Part shown: in pieces, positions 1 through 12,146 of the stretch
Numbering within the stretch: position 1 is the first letter of the stretch
How the letters are laid out: every line of letters begins with the position of its first letter
NCBI GenBank assembly: GCA_964019425.1
Contig: OZ025800.1
Coordinates: 682,001 to 746,000, forward strand
Length of the DNA stretch: 64,000 bases
Source of the DNA: Flectonema sp. DT1601
Taxonomy: Eukaryota
Direction: 5' to 3'
Position numbers and translations under genes: made by a program
The notes under the pieces: generated by a model
What the model was told of the DNA's origin: nothing
Seen by the model: only the letters and a program-made list of their open reading frames with translations
Database searches by the model: none

Positions 1-3000
1 CTGAGGCCGTACTGACATCCAACTCTGGCGAGTTGCATCCATCTTTCCTTTCAAGGCTTCTAATTTATTTGTGACGGCATCAAAGTCAGTCTTAGCTGAG
101 AGTTCAATCTTCTGTAGCGTCTCTTCAAACGATTCGATTCCTCCAATACTCGGAAGTTGACCACTACCGAGGACTGATGAAGCTTCTGCAGTGCTGACCC
201 AATCGCGGAGATTATTTCCTAACAAATTACGAGTTAAGTCTGCAGCCTGTTCTGCTCTACATCTCCCAGCCATTGCTAAACTACCTTCTCTCTCTGGACT
301 TATAACTCGACTAGTGTTGTGTTCAGGACTTGGTAATCCATAAGCAGGATGACTTATTGAAATAGGAGAGGAAGGTGTTTTAACTCGAGCAGGTACACTC
401 GCAGTGCTGCTCAGTTTGGCACGTTGACGAAGTGTAGTACCGAAGCTGTCTTTCTCCTGCTGAGATTTCTTCCCAATCCCAGAACTGATAGTTGATACTC
501 TCGATAAGGCTTCCTTCACTCGAACTTCCCAATCGTCCTCTTCCTGTTTTCGAGTTTCCTCTGCTCTCTCCATAACAGTTTCCTCAACCTCTTCCCTAAC
601 TGCGATTGGATTCAGTTTTGGAGTTGGACTCGGAGGGCGGGGCAACATCTGTTTAATTTATAGTGAAGAAGTACGCGAGAAAGAAAAACACTAATAAATA
701 AACAAACAAAAAGTATCATACCTTACACGGTTCAGAAACAGCAACTTGAACGACATCCCCATTTTCTAAATGTCTTCGAATATCATCAGCCCCATCACGG
801 AACGCGCTAGTAATGCTGTCGTTACGAAATCTGTTCACGACGGGGAAGGTTGGATCTTCTGCAGCTCCGATAGGAAGAGTCTGACGTTTTGGAACATCGC
901 TTGCCACCTTTTTGACGCCACTGACTGGTATTGATGGAGTTAAATTGGTGTCGATGGTGTTACGCAACTCAACACCTATTCTCGTCAGTTCCTTCATCTG
1001 CTGCGGAGGAACTTCAACTGCGGCTGGGGCTGAGGATGAGGCTGAGGTGACTGTTTGATCGAATGCTTGTACGCTGTTTGTAGCTCTTTTCGCAAAGGAA
1101 ACGCTACTTGCTGTTGAATGTAAACTGCCGGGTGCAGGTTGTGCCATCGGAAGAGTTTGCTGGCTGGCGTCATGCAAATTATGTTCCGTATTGGAGGCGT
1201 TGGAAGTGTTTGAAGCTGCTGGCAGCAGCGTGAAATTTGCAGCTCCCTCGACAGAGCGCCTGACATCGTCTGTTTCTTGAGGACGGATAGGAGTCCCTTC
1301 TATAGGGGTGAGCTGTTGTTTGTCAGCAATTTGTTGTTTTAAAGAAGTATTTAATATTTGAGTATCTAAACAAACTTCTCTCTCATCATGTGATGTACAC
1401 ACACTGGCTGTACGACTAGCTGGTTGAAGAGTTGAGAATCGAATCCCAGCATTCGGATCATCGACCACTTGGAGTTTTTTAATTTGATTTTGAAGAACGT
1501 CCGAAGTACCTCCCAGAGATTGCTTTGATGATGGAAGCTGGTCGCTCTTCTCAGAAAGTTGTTCTGGGATCTCACGATTGCGATTTTGAGTGCCGCTTTC
1601 ACTATTATTACTTGCATTGCTGTTTATGTTTTCAGATTCCGCAGCTAAGGCCAGCCTCGCATCTGCAGGTACCTCAACAGTGTCTCTCACAGTTCTGATA
1701 TTCGAGAGAGTCATCTCAGTAACTTCTGGTAGGCTGACTCGTACTTGTCTAACACTCCCAACTAGACTACTTCTCGCAGTGGTGGTATTGAGCGTATGTT
1801 GATCAGGTTCAGCATTGTCTACAACAACATCAGTCTTCGGGTTAGAACCTAATGAGGGATCACTGTCTGCCTTAGTTGTGGAACCAATGTGAACGCTGTG
1901 TCGTTTGTCATCTCTTGTCCCACTTGCCAGGCTACTCCGACTCTGTCCTCGTAACTCTTCCGTGTTGCGAGTACTCCTGACAGTGCTTCCTTGACCAGTT
2001 AATTCTTCACCAGTTGAATATCTGTCAGACTGATCTCTGTGTCCACTTGCAAGACTGCTTCTACTTTGTCTTGCTGTCTCGTTAGTTCGTTGCTCTTCAC
2101 TAGCCACGGAATTCCTGTTGGAAGTATTGTATTTTAAACTATTTCCGAGACTATTTCTGCTTTGCCCCGCAGGTGCTTCTGTTGTCGCATTTCCTTCTTT
2201 TAGTACGTCACTTGCACTCGACAAACTATAACGTTGACTTTCATCAGTTACTATTGTTGAGTTCTTAGTAGTGTGACCGTCTTTTAGGATTCCACTTGTA
2301 AGACTGGTTCTGCTTTGCCGTGTCATGGCTTCCTTTGCCGCATTGCTTATGAATTCATTTTCATTTAGTCCACCAGCAGTATGACTTTGTGGAACAGGCG
2401 CTGTCTGAGAGTTTCTCATCTCCCTTCGTAGCTCTTGAGTGCTTCTCGCTGGGTTCTGAATCGGTTCAGCGTCAGCTATTGATAATCGACGATTGTTATC
2501 TAATTCTCGGAAAAGTGTTGCCACCGCAGAGTCCTTGACGGGAACCTCTTCCTCTACGTTGTCCGTATTCGGATCTTTTGATGGATCACATTCAGGATTC
2601 GGTTGAGGCTGATGTTCTTCACCTTCTTGTTGAACTTTATTCCTCGCACGCTCTTGTTCTTCTTGCACGTTCCTCCTTTCGGCTTCTTCTTCTCGCCTCT
2701 GTTTCGTTAGTTCTTCCTGTCGTTTTCTCCTTTCTAATCCTTCGGCTTCTTCCATGGCCTGTTAGGTGTTTGTTGTTAGAGAACAAAGAGGAAGTATATT
2801 TGGTAAAGAAGTATCTAAAAGACTCAAACTAAACGACATACCTGCTGAGCTTGCATCCATCCAATTGGAGGGTTAGTTTCATTATAAATAAGAGGTTTGT
2901 GTAACTCTGCCATCAAACGATCTGTCTCAGATAGTAGTCGAAGTGTTTGTTCTTTTGCAACAGCACTATCAACTGTCGCGTGGTTAAGAGTTTGGTGTTG

Positions 3001-3843
3001 AGATATCGATGGTGATGGTTCGATTCTCATGTGGTGTGGAAGAGACAGGAGATCGAATTGAAGTCGCATCGCTTCCGCTTCAGCTGCCGCAATAGCAGCA
3101 ACAGGCGACCCAGCTCTGTCAATCGATGCGAGAGATGGAGAAATGATTCCATGAGTTAGTCTATTTCCTATAACTTCAGGACTATGAACAGGTACCGGTG
3201 GTGGTGATAATCTCCCTCCTACTTCTCTAATTGTCACCAACAGCCGAGGTATACATTCCTCAATGTGTCTAACATTGTAAGGATCAACACTACACACATC
3301 ACAAAATAATATTCTATTGGAATGACAAGAAGGTGGAATATCTGAAAAACAAAGAGGCTCTCCGATAGATGGCAGCGAAAATCCAACACGAGCAGCGCAA
3401 AGTGTATCGTCTTGCCTACTAGGGTGGTACCAAAGACCAACCGGAGTTGTACCTATTAATTTGATGGTTACATAGTGTTTGATAAAAGGTTTATAGAAGG
3501 ATAAAGAAATAGAATTTACACTACCTGATACTCGTATGTTATTAACGAACAGTTCCTGTAAATAGTCATTTTCAATACGATCGACTCGAACTATTTTAAT
3601 ATGTTCCGGAACAAGACTTTGCATTATTTGAATGTTATTATCAGGTGTTAGTTGTGTGGCGGTTCTCTTTACCCATTCTGTCTGTAGTTTTGCTTTTTGT
3701 AACGCGTTGAATCCGAGTTCTCCTAAAAGTTCAGCCAACACTGTAGTACTGCAGTCAGCGACATCCGAAATCTCTGTACCCTGAAGCTGTAATCGTTGCA
3801 ACATCTCTTGCCAGAGATTCAGTGTGGGTGGGAGACTCATCAT
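1..3843 (-). CDS. Large spliced protein, 3'-partial (runs off the window): N-terminal SAM-like helical domain + degenerate PARP-like ADP-ribosyltransferase fold + coiled coil + long disordered Ser/Thr-rich region. Exons 3843-3525, 3452-2842, 2758-722, 648-<1
   Basis: GT-AG introns join ORFs 2824..3843 and 716..2755 and the next exon in frame (QAQQ|AMEE; EPCK|MLPRPPSP). The segment IVRVDRIENDYLQELF...LWYHP...GF...ILFCDV...CIPRLLVTI has the layout of a PARP catalytic domain (by eye). Confidence 0.75.
649..721 (-). other. Spliceosomal intron, 73 nt
   Basis: GTATGA...aattaaacAG; phase 0; removes the stop of ORF 716..2755. Confidence 0.85.
2759..2841 (-). other. Spliceosomal intron, 83 nt
   Basis: GTATGT...cacctaacAG; phase 0; fuses two long ORFs in frame. 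Confidence 0.85.
3453..3524 (-). other. Probable in-frame (3n, stop-free) intron, 72 nt
   Basis: GTAGTG...caaattaatAG; AT-rich segment whose removal gives a compact PARP-like sequence (RVSG|TTPVGLWYH). Confidence 0.6.
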
Positions 3844-5763
3844 TTTGTTGTTCCCTTGATTTTTGAAGAGATATTCTAAATTAGTTTTTATAGTTAGCTT
3901 CCGTTAATTAATATAATTAAACAACTCTCACCACCCCAACACAACCTGGTTTCATATTTTCTTTATGTAAAAAAAAAAAAAAAAGGATGAAAAAACACAA
4001 AAATATACTACACACAAAGCATTCACGCAGTGAAAAGAAACTGAAGAGGATCACTCAATAAGTAAATCCATAAGTAAATAACAAAAAGGCCCCAGGAAAT
4101 AAAAAAGGGCGGGGGGAAAGGGTCGTTTTCGCTGCAATTTTCTCCATTCGTTTTTTATCTTTCTTTTTTTTTCTTTTTTTTTTTTTTTTTTCTTTTTCAC
4201 TCTCCTCTCTCCTTTTTCTTTTCCCCCCCCCTTTTTTTTTTTTTTTAAATTCACTCGGCTGATTAATACCTCAATGCGCAGCCAACATACATCTGAGTAC
4301 AGATGGGTGTAACCCTTAGAGTAGTGCGTGACTGTGATACAATGCCTGTTCCATATTCGAAGTGGAGTGCAGAGCAATGTACAGTTCCCGCACAACATAT
4401 GCATTAAAAAAAAATAATAACAGCCGAGTAAAAAAAAGAAAAATAGAGGAAAAAAAGAAAAAAAAGGAAAATTAAATAAAACAAAACTAACTAAAAAAAA
4501 AAAAAAAAAAAAAAATAGAAAGAAAAAAAAGACATAAAAAAGATAAAAAAACGAATGGAGACAAGGGAAGCTGGGCTATAGATGTTTATTGGTATAGAGA
4601 TCCTACTGCCTATCTCTACCAATGTTAGTGGTACTTAGTTGAGAATCCCAGGTGTCGAATTGTGTGAGGAATGCATGTTTTTTGTTTACATTTTCGTTTT
4701 TTTTTTCTGTTTTTTCTCGCAACGATCTTTTGCGCTGGGCGCGTGTCCACAGAGAGTGACGCCACAGTCACTCACCATCCGACAGAACATTGTTTTCATT
4801 TCCCTTAGTTTACTGAAATAATATTGATACATTAGAATGACTAGAGTTTTTCAAAAAGGTTTTCAAAAAGAAGAAGAAGAAGAGGGTTCACGCAATAATT
4901 ATATAACTGTGATGGATTGCGTAATTGGACTGCAAGTCAGCAGTTGTCCAGAAGACCACAGCCAATTGTTAAGTAAAATATATTCACTGTGTATGTAGTC
5001 AGCTATTTCAAAGGGAGAATGGCAAAGCATAATATAATAATTTTTGTTTATCCATGTCCGCGGGGTTGAACACACGAAAAGGTTGGTATAAAGAAGTATA
5101 CCCCTTGAGGGAAAACTTCAAAGGGTAAAAAAGAAAAAAAAAATGGGCAGGGGGGTAAATTGATACTGTATTATCAAGCTGAAAGGAACAACGAAAGGGG
5201 TGGAAGTCTTATATAAAAAAAACGGTTTTACAAATAAATACTACTACGAACAGGAATGGAGGTCTCTTTTTTTTTTTTCCCCTTCTTTTTTTGAAGAACA
5301 AAAAAAGGAAGAGAAAAAAAAAAAGGTCTTCCAAAGGAGATTTAATATAATTATAATTGGTTTACAGATAAACAACCAGTAAGCAGTGAAGTTACTGGTC
5401 GCATAAGCAACTGTACTATTCTAAGCTAAGGATAGAAGTCATCATCAAATTACGCACACTTGGTTTAATTTTTTTTTTTTGCTTTTTTTTTTTGCTTTTT
5501 TTTTTTTTTTTGAGTGACGTGTACTGTTGAATAGGCAACAAAAACTCGTTTTTCAACTCTCTTGTTTTTTTTTTTTTTTTTTTTTTTCTTCTTCTCGCAA
5601 CGTTTGGAAAATCAACCTTTTAAATAATCAACAAGCCTCAACAAGTAAAAGGTGGTAGAAATCGAAAATAAAGACTAACAATACAGTACGTCGTCAGTCA
5701 ATTTTATTTTTTGCTTTGACCGCCTGACTGAGGGCAACTCGATGAAGGAAAAGGTGAATGTGA

Positions 5764-6264
5764 CTAACAACAGTCTTCTCCGAAAGAAAGGGTCTCCCCG
5801 GTGAAGTAGGTGACAACCATCGCAAGAATTAAACAAATAACTGCACCAGCCCATAACAATCCGATGTTGTCAGACCAGCCTGAATCCATCTGGTGAAAGA
5901 TTCCCTGGCTGATGAAGTCCCACCACGCAAGTGCAATCAAAATAGTTGCAGTGTAGCTGGCTAACTTTTTAAACTGATCTTTTACTTCTGGAGTACAGCA
6001 TTTCTTTGCTCCAGCTTTAGCCAAGTCAGCTCCCTTGTCTTTTAGCTCACTTGCTGTTTGTACCGCCGACGAAGCCAATGCGGTTGGGGAGCCCACCGTT
6101 GAATCGCCCTCCGGACTGACGGCATAAAGCTGTTGTAATGATGTTGTAGGTAATTACTAAAAGTATTATAAGTAAAAATAATTAATGAAAGGACATACCT
6201 CAGAAGGTCTCGCACCGGCACGCCAGTCCGGGTTATTCGAGATGGGGTTTTCCTTGACGTTCAT
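5764..6264 (-). CDS. Small (~143 aa) membrane protein with two C-terminal TM helices. Exons 6264-6199, 6129-5764
   Basis: Exon 1 (ATG at 6264, MNVKENPISNNPDWRAGARPSE) splices in frame to LYAVSPEGDSTVGSPTAL. Hydrophobic segments LASYTATILIALAWW and IGLLWAGAVICLILAMVVTYF. Confidence 0.75.
6130..6198 (-). other. Spliceosomal intron, 69 nt
   Basis: GTATGT...cattacaacAG; phase 0. Confidence 0.8.
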
Positions 6265-7237
6265 TTTGTGTTTGGATTGAATAATCTAAAGGATAATAAT
6301 AAATATTAACAACAACACTCACTACTCATGAAGATTATATTGGTGTGAATGACACCACGTTCTGATTATGATTCCTGGCTGGTGAAATAGTCAACTAAAT
6401 ACAAAAAAAAAAAAAAATAACAAAACAGCAATCAACGAAAATTATTATTTATTTTCTCTTTTTTGTTTTTTTTGACACTTATTTCGAACACGGGTATCAA
6501 GAGGCAATTACCATTTCGCTGTAGAAACACTAAAAAGTGAAGTCCCTCTTAAAAGGAACTTAAAATGGCTAGGAGTCGTAGCAAGGGGAAAAGCAGTAAT
6601 AGTAGCGTTAACAAAAACTATCATTAACCGTGTAGGTTTGATACTCCAACGGGAGGTGTTTGCGATCCTCAACAAGAATGACCAGCCAATTCCCCCAAAC
6701 GACTAAAATCACACCTGCGAACTGCAAGAAAAAACACTGTACTACATATTAAGCAATAAAAGCGGCCAGAAACATGCGCTAATTCTCTACCCCCACTAAA
6801 GTGAGAGACTTGCATGATAAAAGGGATGAGCTCACAGGCGACTGAAAGATCAATCTCCATAGACGGTGCCCATTATACAAAACATGACGTTAATCCAAAA
6901 GGAATGGTACATAAAGGTCATCAGAGCCTGTAGACCTTTTGGTACGCCTTACTAATAATTAAACTACTCTAAGACTGATTTTGTAAGGGAATATTCTTCT
7001 TGTTAAAATATTACACACAAATACCATAAAACGTATTCAGTTTTGAATAGAATCTTCGACAGGTCTCAGAAGTGTGCTGATATTCTGTGCACTCTAAACG
7101 ACTATCAAAAACACTAACGCCGCCAGTGGGAAGACGGGAAAAAACAAAATACTATCATTTTTGGGGCAATCAGAAAAAAAGTGAAAAACAAAGCATCACA
7201 ATTTTTCTTTTGTTTAAAAAAAAAATGTGATTCGCGT

Positions 7238-10200
7238 CTACGAAAACTGTTGTGAGGAGGCTCCCGACTGCGCGGCTTCTAGTGGTGCTATCAGTGATTT
7301 TCCCTCTAAAGTTGGGGATAGGAAATGCCAGACAACAGGACTTTCTTTCATACTCTGCCTCCACAAGAATAAACTATCAGATGCTCTCTTTCGTACTCTC
7401 AGCACGGTATCGTGAGTAAGCTCAACTAAAACTCTTAACGCTTCCCAAGTATGATCAGTAGGTTCAGAATGAGTAAGCACGATACCACTGAGACCAGATG
7501 CTGCTGCTTTTCTCTTTTCAGGATCATCAGATTTCGACAAGTCAATGAAGAAGTTAAATAGTTCAGGTTTCATTTCAGGAAATAGTGCTCTGTATACACT
7601 AGTAACGTCACTGGCAGCTTCTCTACTCGATTCTGTGTCGAGGAATATTCCTCCAGATAATCTGTTCAGAAGAACATCTTTAATAGCTTCGAATACACTC
7701 GGTTTTATTAACTCAGTGTAGCAATGATAAGATACCATTATAAGAAGTGATTTTATGAAATGAGATCCTTTCTTACTGATGACTCGGTCTTGAGGTATTT
7801 CTTTAGCGAGTTGCATTACCGACGGAATGAATTGAGGAGCTCTCAAGAATGTGACCAGTAATCCAGTGATTGATGCTAATTCACTGTCTCTTGTATAATC
7901 TTTTTTATTGCTGACGGAGTTGATGATTGACTGAAGTACAGATGGAACATGCGGAATAAATGCCGACATCTCATCACGTGAAATCAACGTTGTCGCGATA
8001 TCTGCTATCACTTCTTCAGAGTGCTCAAATGATAGCGCCACTCCAAACAGTTTCTGTGTTTCAATAGAACAAGCTTCATCAGTTCCAACCTTTTCAATTA
8101 CGATTGATATTATCTTACCCATCTTTGATCTAATACAGTCATATTCAGTTCTAAACTTCTTATTATGAAAGACAGTTAAAAGTCTCTTTATCGACTCAAC
8201 GTGAGAAGTCTTCTCTTTACGAAGTTTTGTTAAGTAGGTAATAAGAAGCCTTAAAATACGAGTTTGTAACTGTAACCCTCTACTTGACTCTACCCAAGAA
8301 ATAAGTATACGATCAATAGTAATAAGTTGTTCACCAGAACAGGATGTAATACCAAAACCAAGTCCTGCACCCATTTCAGCATAGATCTTTGTTGATGAAG
8401 TGCTGGCTGCGGCGTTTAATAGAGTACAGACAAGTTCCATTGCTTTCTCAGATTTAAAATATTTTGTACTACGCAACAGTCCTCCCATTAATTCGAAGAC
8501 GCTGGTTGCAGTGTCATCTGTTAGTAGACCTGCGACGTCAGCTCTAAGAACACATTCCAAAGCAGCGTCCTGACCAACTTCAAATATTCCTCTCCAGAGT
8601 TGGGCGTTTTGAATTTTAAATTTTGGAGAGTTTGCAACGTTGTCGTCTGCACCAGCTCTCTGAAAAGGAGAATTCTGTATACTGACTTCTGATTCTCTAT
8701 TTAACAAGACCCATGAATCTACGATACTCGCTGTAAGTCCGATGTTTATTTCTTGTGAAGCAATCTTTCTCTTTCTGTACATTATCGGTGAAAGTGCTGC
8801 AACAGTCAGCTCGCGAATGGAGCGAGTGTCTGAGATTAAATGTTCCATCAGTACTTTCATAGTCATATCTGGTATGAGATCTTCTTCATCATTTGAAACT
8901 ATACTAGCAATGGCGTACAGTGCGCTGATGGATTTACTTTCTCTCTTTGAGATTGTTAAGTTGTGAACGATTTCTTTGATGTCAGTACCGACAGAGTCTG
9001 GTGGGAGTTCTCTTCTTCTTTTTGATAGCACCCTTTGGATAACTGACAGCTGGAGAGACTTGACTGACTCTTTTGAGGCTGTTGGGAACTTTTCTATTGT
9101 AACATCGATAAACTTTTTCAGAAGTTCAGTCTTTTGCCAAACAATCGGAACTATAGGCGCCTTCAAAACACGAAGAATGCCCTCAAGGGAGTGATTACAA
9201 GGCTCTGCTTTAGCTGTTTCCTTCTCTATAACATTAAGACACTCCTCAACTACTAACTCTCCAGTAAACTGATGTGATAAATATGCTGATACCAATCTAG
9301 TGCAATTACTTCTACTCCTTTCGAAGTTAAAACAAGTTATAATAGACAGCTTCGATAGTAGTAATTCTTCGAGTGGTGTCCTTCCGACAATCATTTCAAA
9401 CCGTCTTTGTAATTTATAAAAATACCCCTGAGCGAATATCGAATAAGCTGCTTTACTTGACAATCCACCAGCATAGTGTGATGCGCAAACTGCTCTTAGT
9501 GTAGCCATCACTGAGTACCAGGAATTGCTTCGTTTTCTTACTAAGTTATTTGTGAATAGAGAACTAACCATCTTACTGACAGCATAGCAATCTCTGTCGG
9601 TGATGGATCGGTGATTAGAATCAGGTTGTGATGTTGAGAGAATGAATTGCACTCGGCTATCAACAATCTCTATCAACTGATCAGCTGTCTGGATGTCTTC
9701 TCTCAGATCCTTCAACTTCATTGAAATGGGAACAACTGTTAGCATCTTATCAACTGGAGAATCACTGTTTGAGAATCTTATTCTCGTTATGATATTCCGC
9801 ATTCCCTTCAGAACTGCTAAGTCATGTTCAAGTCTCTGAGTTGTTAGTAATTCAGATGTTATATTTTTAGTCGGAGCTAACTTATTTATCATCTCCACAC
9901 AAAGTTCATCATATTTCTCGAGATCAGATTCTTTTGAGTATTGACCAGGAGGTAGACCAGGACAGATTGCCTGCAAGGATCTCTTTAATAATTCTGCGAC
10001 CTGCTTCGATGAGTCCATTTCACGTCCTTCACAAAGTAGAGTTTCGGAAGACCACAATATGATTTCTCTGATTAATTCAATCGGATATGATTTGGTACCT
10101 CTGATAACGGCTGATATAAGTTGCGATGCGATGTGTGCATACCAAGTAAGGAGTCTGCTTGATGTTGTTTCCTTTATACTTTTCATTAAGTCATTCAACA

Positions 10201-11968
10201 TTTCACATCCCCATTCAGGGTTTCTTTCTGCCAAACACAATACAAATTTTGCTATCGTTTTTAATCTAATCCCTTTCGTAGAACTGTCTTGACAACCATT
10301 TTTTATTGTATCAGAAATATCTTCACAGCATTTCTGAATATCAGAAAATGTCATCGAGCGAATAATAAATGTTCCAGTTGACACTACTCGACTTGCTTCA
10401 ATGGATTCGCTTAGTTTTATTAACCTGTCGTAAATCTTGATAAACCATCCCTCGGGTATCACTTCTAAATCATCTGACGAGACTGCTAAGAACGATGCGC
10501 ATTGCAGTCCAGCTTGAAGCATAGCCCCAGACTTAGAAGCATGAATCGCCTCTAACACTTTCTCAAATAGCCATGCTCTCGAACTCTCATCTCCTTTTAA
10601 TATAATTGCGGGTGTTAGTGATCGAAGTAATTTACTATTTTGACTGACCTTAGAACTGGTTACTTCAGAAGCAATTGATAACCTTTTTAGTATTTGAGGT
10701 AGGACGATATTCTTTGTGTCCAAGTGTAGGAGGTATGAAGTAATAATTCCGGCAGTTTGCGAAGGGTGTTTTTGATTTAATATTAAATTCAAACAGTAAG
10801 GTAGAACAGCTTCAACGAAGCAATTTCTAAACTCCGTCAGAGCTGATGCAAGTGGAGGAGCGTCTGGGAGTTGTTCATCTTCGTCGTCGATGTTGTCTGC
10901 GTCTTCAGGATCGCCGCCATCACTTTCATCTTCTTCAAAAACAGCACTGCTGGCACCTCCTTGTTGCCTGTGGTGAGTCAGAACTTGTTGAAGGATGGAC
11001 CTGCATAGTCTAAGTAGCAGACGATCAGTCTTTCCAGGACATGCTCCAATAAAAGATAATGCGCACATCGATAATAAATGTTTTAAGTTTCTCAAACTGT
11101 GATCACCCTCCATGAACTCATACCTCGCTAGAAGCGCTAACATGGTCGCTCTCAGTCCGACTGTTTTTGTAAAAGCATTTCCTACCTTAGCAAAGAGAGT
11201 CATTCTAGCTATGTGTGAATATACTCTCGTAATGTGGTGTTTTAGAGTAGCTATTGGTTTATCAGATTCCTCACCAGATGCTATGGCTGCGACTTCAACT
11301 TTTAAGAATCGCTGTAAAAACTTTAATGCTTCTCCTTGAAACTCCATTTTGTTTTTATCTTCCAGTTTGTCGATAACCCAATCGAGTCGTTCTTGTTGAA
11401 TGTGTCTAATTGGTATTAGAAGGAATAAAACTGACCAAGCAGCCTTTGATTGAGTTCGTTTATAACTCTCAGTTAGTGGGAAGTATGTTTCAAAGACGTG
11501 TTCACAGAATTGTTGTGGGTTGGGAAAGTAGTACACCATTTTAGGAATCACATTCAGAAGAGAAGTGACGGCCTGAAATGCAATTTGAAGTGGATTTCTA
11601 TCAGAACTAAATAACAGAGCATCGAGTAGACTTAGTATGGGTTTTGGATCGATTTCAAAGTCTTTCAACATCGTCTTTGATGTCGGAGCCACATGCCTAA
11701 GTAAGACGCCTATCATTGATGCCGTGTCGTGTAATATTTTTATATCTTTGTTTGGTGTTGCCTCCGACAACAATTTATTCAAAAGAGATTTTCTTTCACA
11801 GACTGTTGGATACAAACAACAATCAGTATAAGTCTTAACTCTGGCAAGCAGTGATTCATATCTCATTGTGTTCATATTAGCTATGAGCCATGTGTATCCT
11901 TCTGACTTCAATGAAGTAATCGCTGGAGCGATATCTCCTCCAAGGTTCTTATAGTATCGCGAAGTCAT
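7238..11968 (-). CDS. HEAT/ARM-repeat protein, probably proteasome activator PA200/Blm10 (PSME4)-like, ~1576 aa
   Basis: Long, helical-looking, uninterrupted ORF; likely start MTSRYY at 11968. C-terminal KRKAAASGLSGIVLTHSEP..W..L..L.....LRVRKRASDSLFLWRQS resembles the PA200/Blm10 C-terminal domain; the size fits. Confidence 0.6.
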   Translation of the reverse strand: MTSRYYKNLGGDIAPAITSLKSEGYTWLIANMNTMRYESLLARVKTYTDCCLYPTVCERKSLLNKLLSEATPNKDIKILHDTASMIGVLLRHVAPTSKTMLKDFEIDPKPILSLLDALLFSSDRNPLQIAFQAVTSLLNVIPKMVYYFPNPQQFCEHVFETYFPLTESYKRTQSKAAWSVLFLLIPIRHIQQERLDWVIDKLEDKNKMEFQGEALKFLQRFLKVEVAAIASGEESDKPIATLKHHITRVYSHIARMTLFAKVGNAFTKTVGLRATMLALLARYEFMEGDHSLRNLKHLLSMCALSFIGACPGKTDRLLLRLCRSILQQVLTHHRQQGGASSAVFEEDESDGGDPEDADNIDDEDEQLPDAPPLASALTEFRNCFVEAVLPYCLNLILNQKHPSQTAGIITSYLLHLDTKNIVLPQILKRLSIASEVTSSKVSQNSKLLRSLTPAIILKGDESSRAWLFEKVLEAIHASKSGAMLQAGLQCASFLAVSSDDLEVIPEGWFIKIYDRLIKLSESIEASRVVSTGTFIIRSMTFSDIQKCCEDISDTIKNGCQDSSTKGIRLKTIAKFVLCLAERNPEWGCEMLNDLMKSIKETTSSRLLTWYAHIASQLISAVIRGTKSYPIELIREIILWSSETLLCEGREMDSSKQVAELLKRSLQAICPGLPPGQYSKESDLEKYDELCVEMINKLAPTKNITSELLTTQRLEHDLAVLKGMRNIITRIRFSNSDSPVDKMLTVVPISMKLKDLREDIQTADQLIEIVDSRVQFILSTSQPDSNHRSITDRDCYAVSKMVSSLFTNNLVRKRSNSWYSVMATLRAVCASHYAGGLSSKAAYSIFAQGYFYKLQRRFEMIVGRTPLEELLLSKLSIITCFNFERSRSNCTRLVSAYLSHQFTGELVVEECLNVIEKETAKAEPCNHSLEGILRVLKAPIVPIVWQKTELLKKFIDVTIEKFPTASKESVKSLQLSVIQRVLSKRRRELPPDSVGTDIKEIVHNLTISKRESKSISALYAIASIVSNDEEDLIPDMTMKVLMEHLISDTRSIRELTVAALSPIMYRKRKIASQEINIGLTASIVDSWVLLNRESEVSIQNSPFQRAGADDNVANSPKFKIQNAQLWRGIFEVGQDAALECVLRADVAGLLTDDTATSVFELMGGLLRSTKYFKSEKAMELVCTLLNAAASTSSTKIYAEMGAGLGFGITSCSGEQLITIDRILISWVESSRGLQLQTRILRLLITYLTKLRKEKTSHVESIKRLLTVFHNKKFRTEYDCIRSKMGKIISIVIEKVGTDEACSIETQKLFGVALSFEHSEEVIADIATTLISRDEMSAFIPHVPSVLQSIINSVSNKKDYTRDSELASITGLLVTFLRAPQFIPSVMQLAKEIPQDRVISKKGSHFIKSLLIMVSYHCYTELIKPSVFEAIKDVLLNRLSGGIFLDTESSREAASDVTSVYRALFPEMKPELFNFFIDLSKSDDPEKRKAAASGLSGIVLTHSEPTDHTWEALRVLVELTHDTVLRVRKRASDSLFLWRQSMKESPVVWHFLSPTLEGKSLIAPLEAAQSGASSQQFS

Positions 11969-11989
11969 TTGTTTTTTTTTATATTTTTT

Positions 11990-12021
11990 CTGTTTAAAAA
12001 AAAAAAAGTAACAAAAAAAAA
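11990..12021 (-). promoter_or_regulatory. U-rich tract + AG, putative trans-splice acceptor of the PA200-like gene
   Basis: Two T runs then aaacAG, 21 nt upstream of the ATG. Confidence 0.5.
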
Positions 12022-12146
12022 CATTCACAGTTTTTACTTCGAAATTATTTCAGTTTGCTCCCTTGAGAGAGAGACTGTAAAGCCCTTCTCCGATTTTCAA
12101 AAAAACATAATGAATCACACTACATAAAATCAATACCAAAAGCCAA

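Noticed and set aside
4051..5382. Short ORFs rich in K or F
   Set aside because: They arise from poly-A/poly-T tracts in intergenic DNA; no protein-like composition
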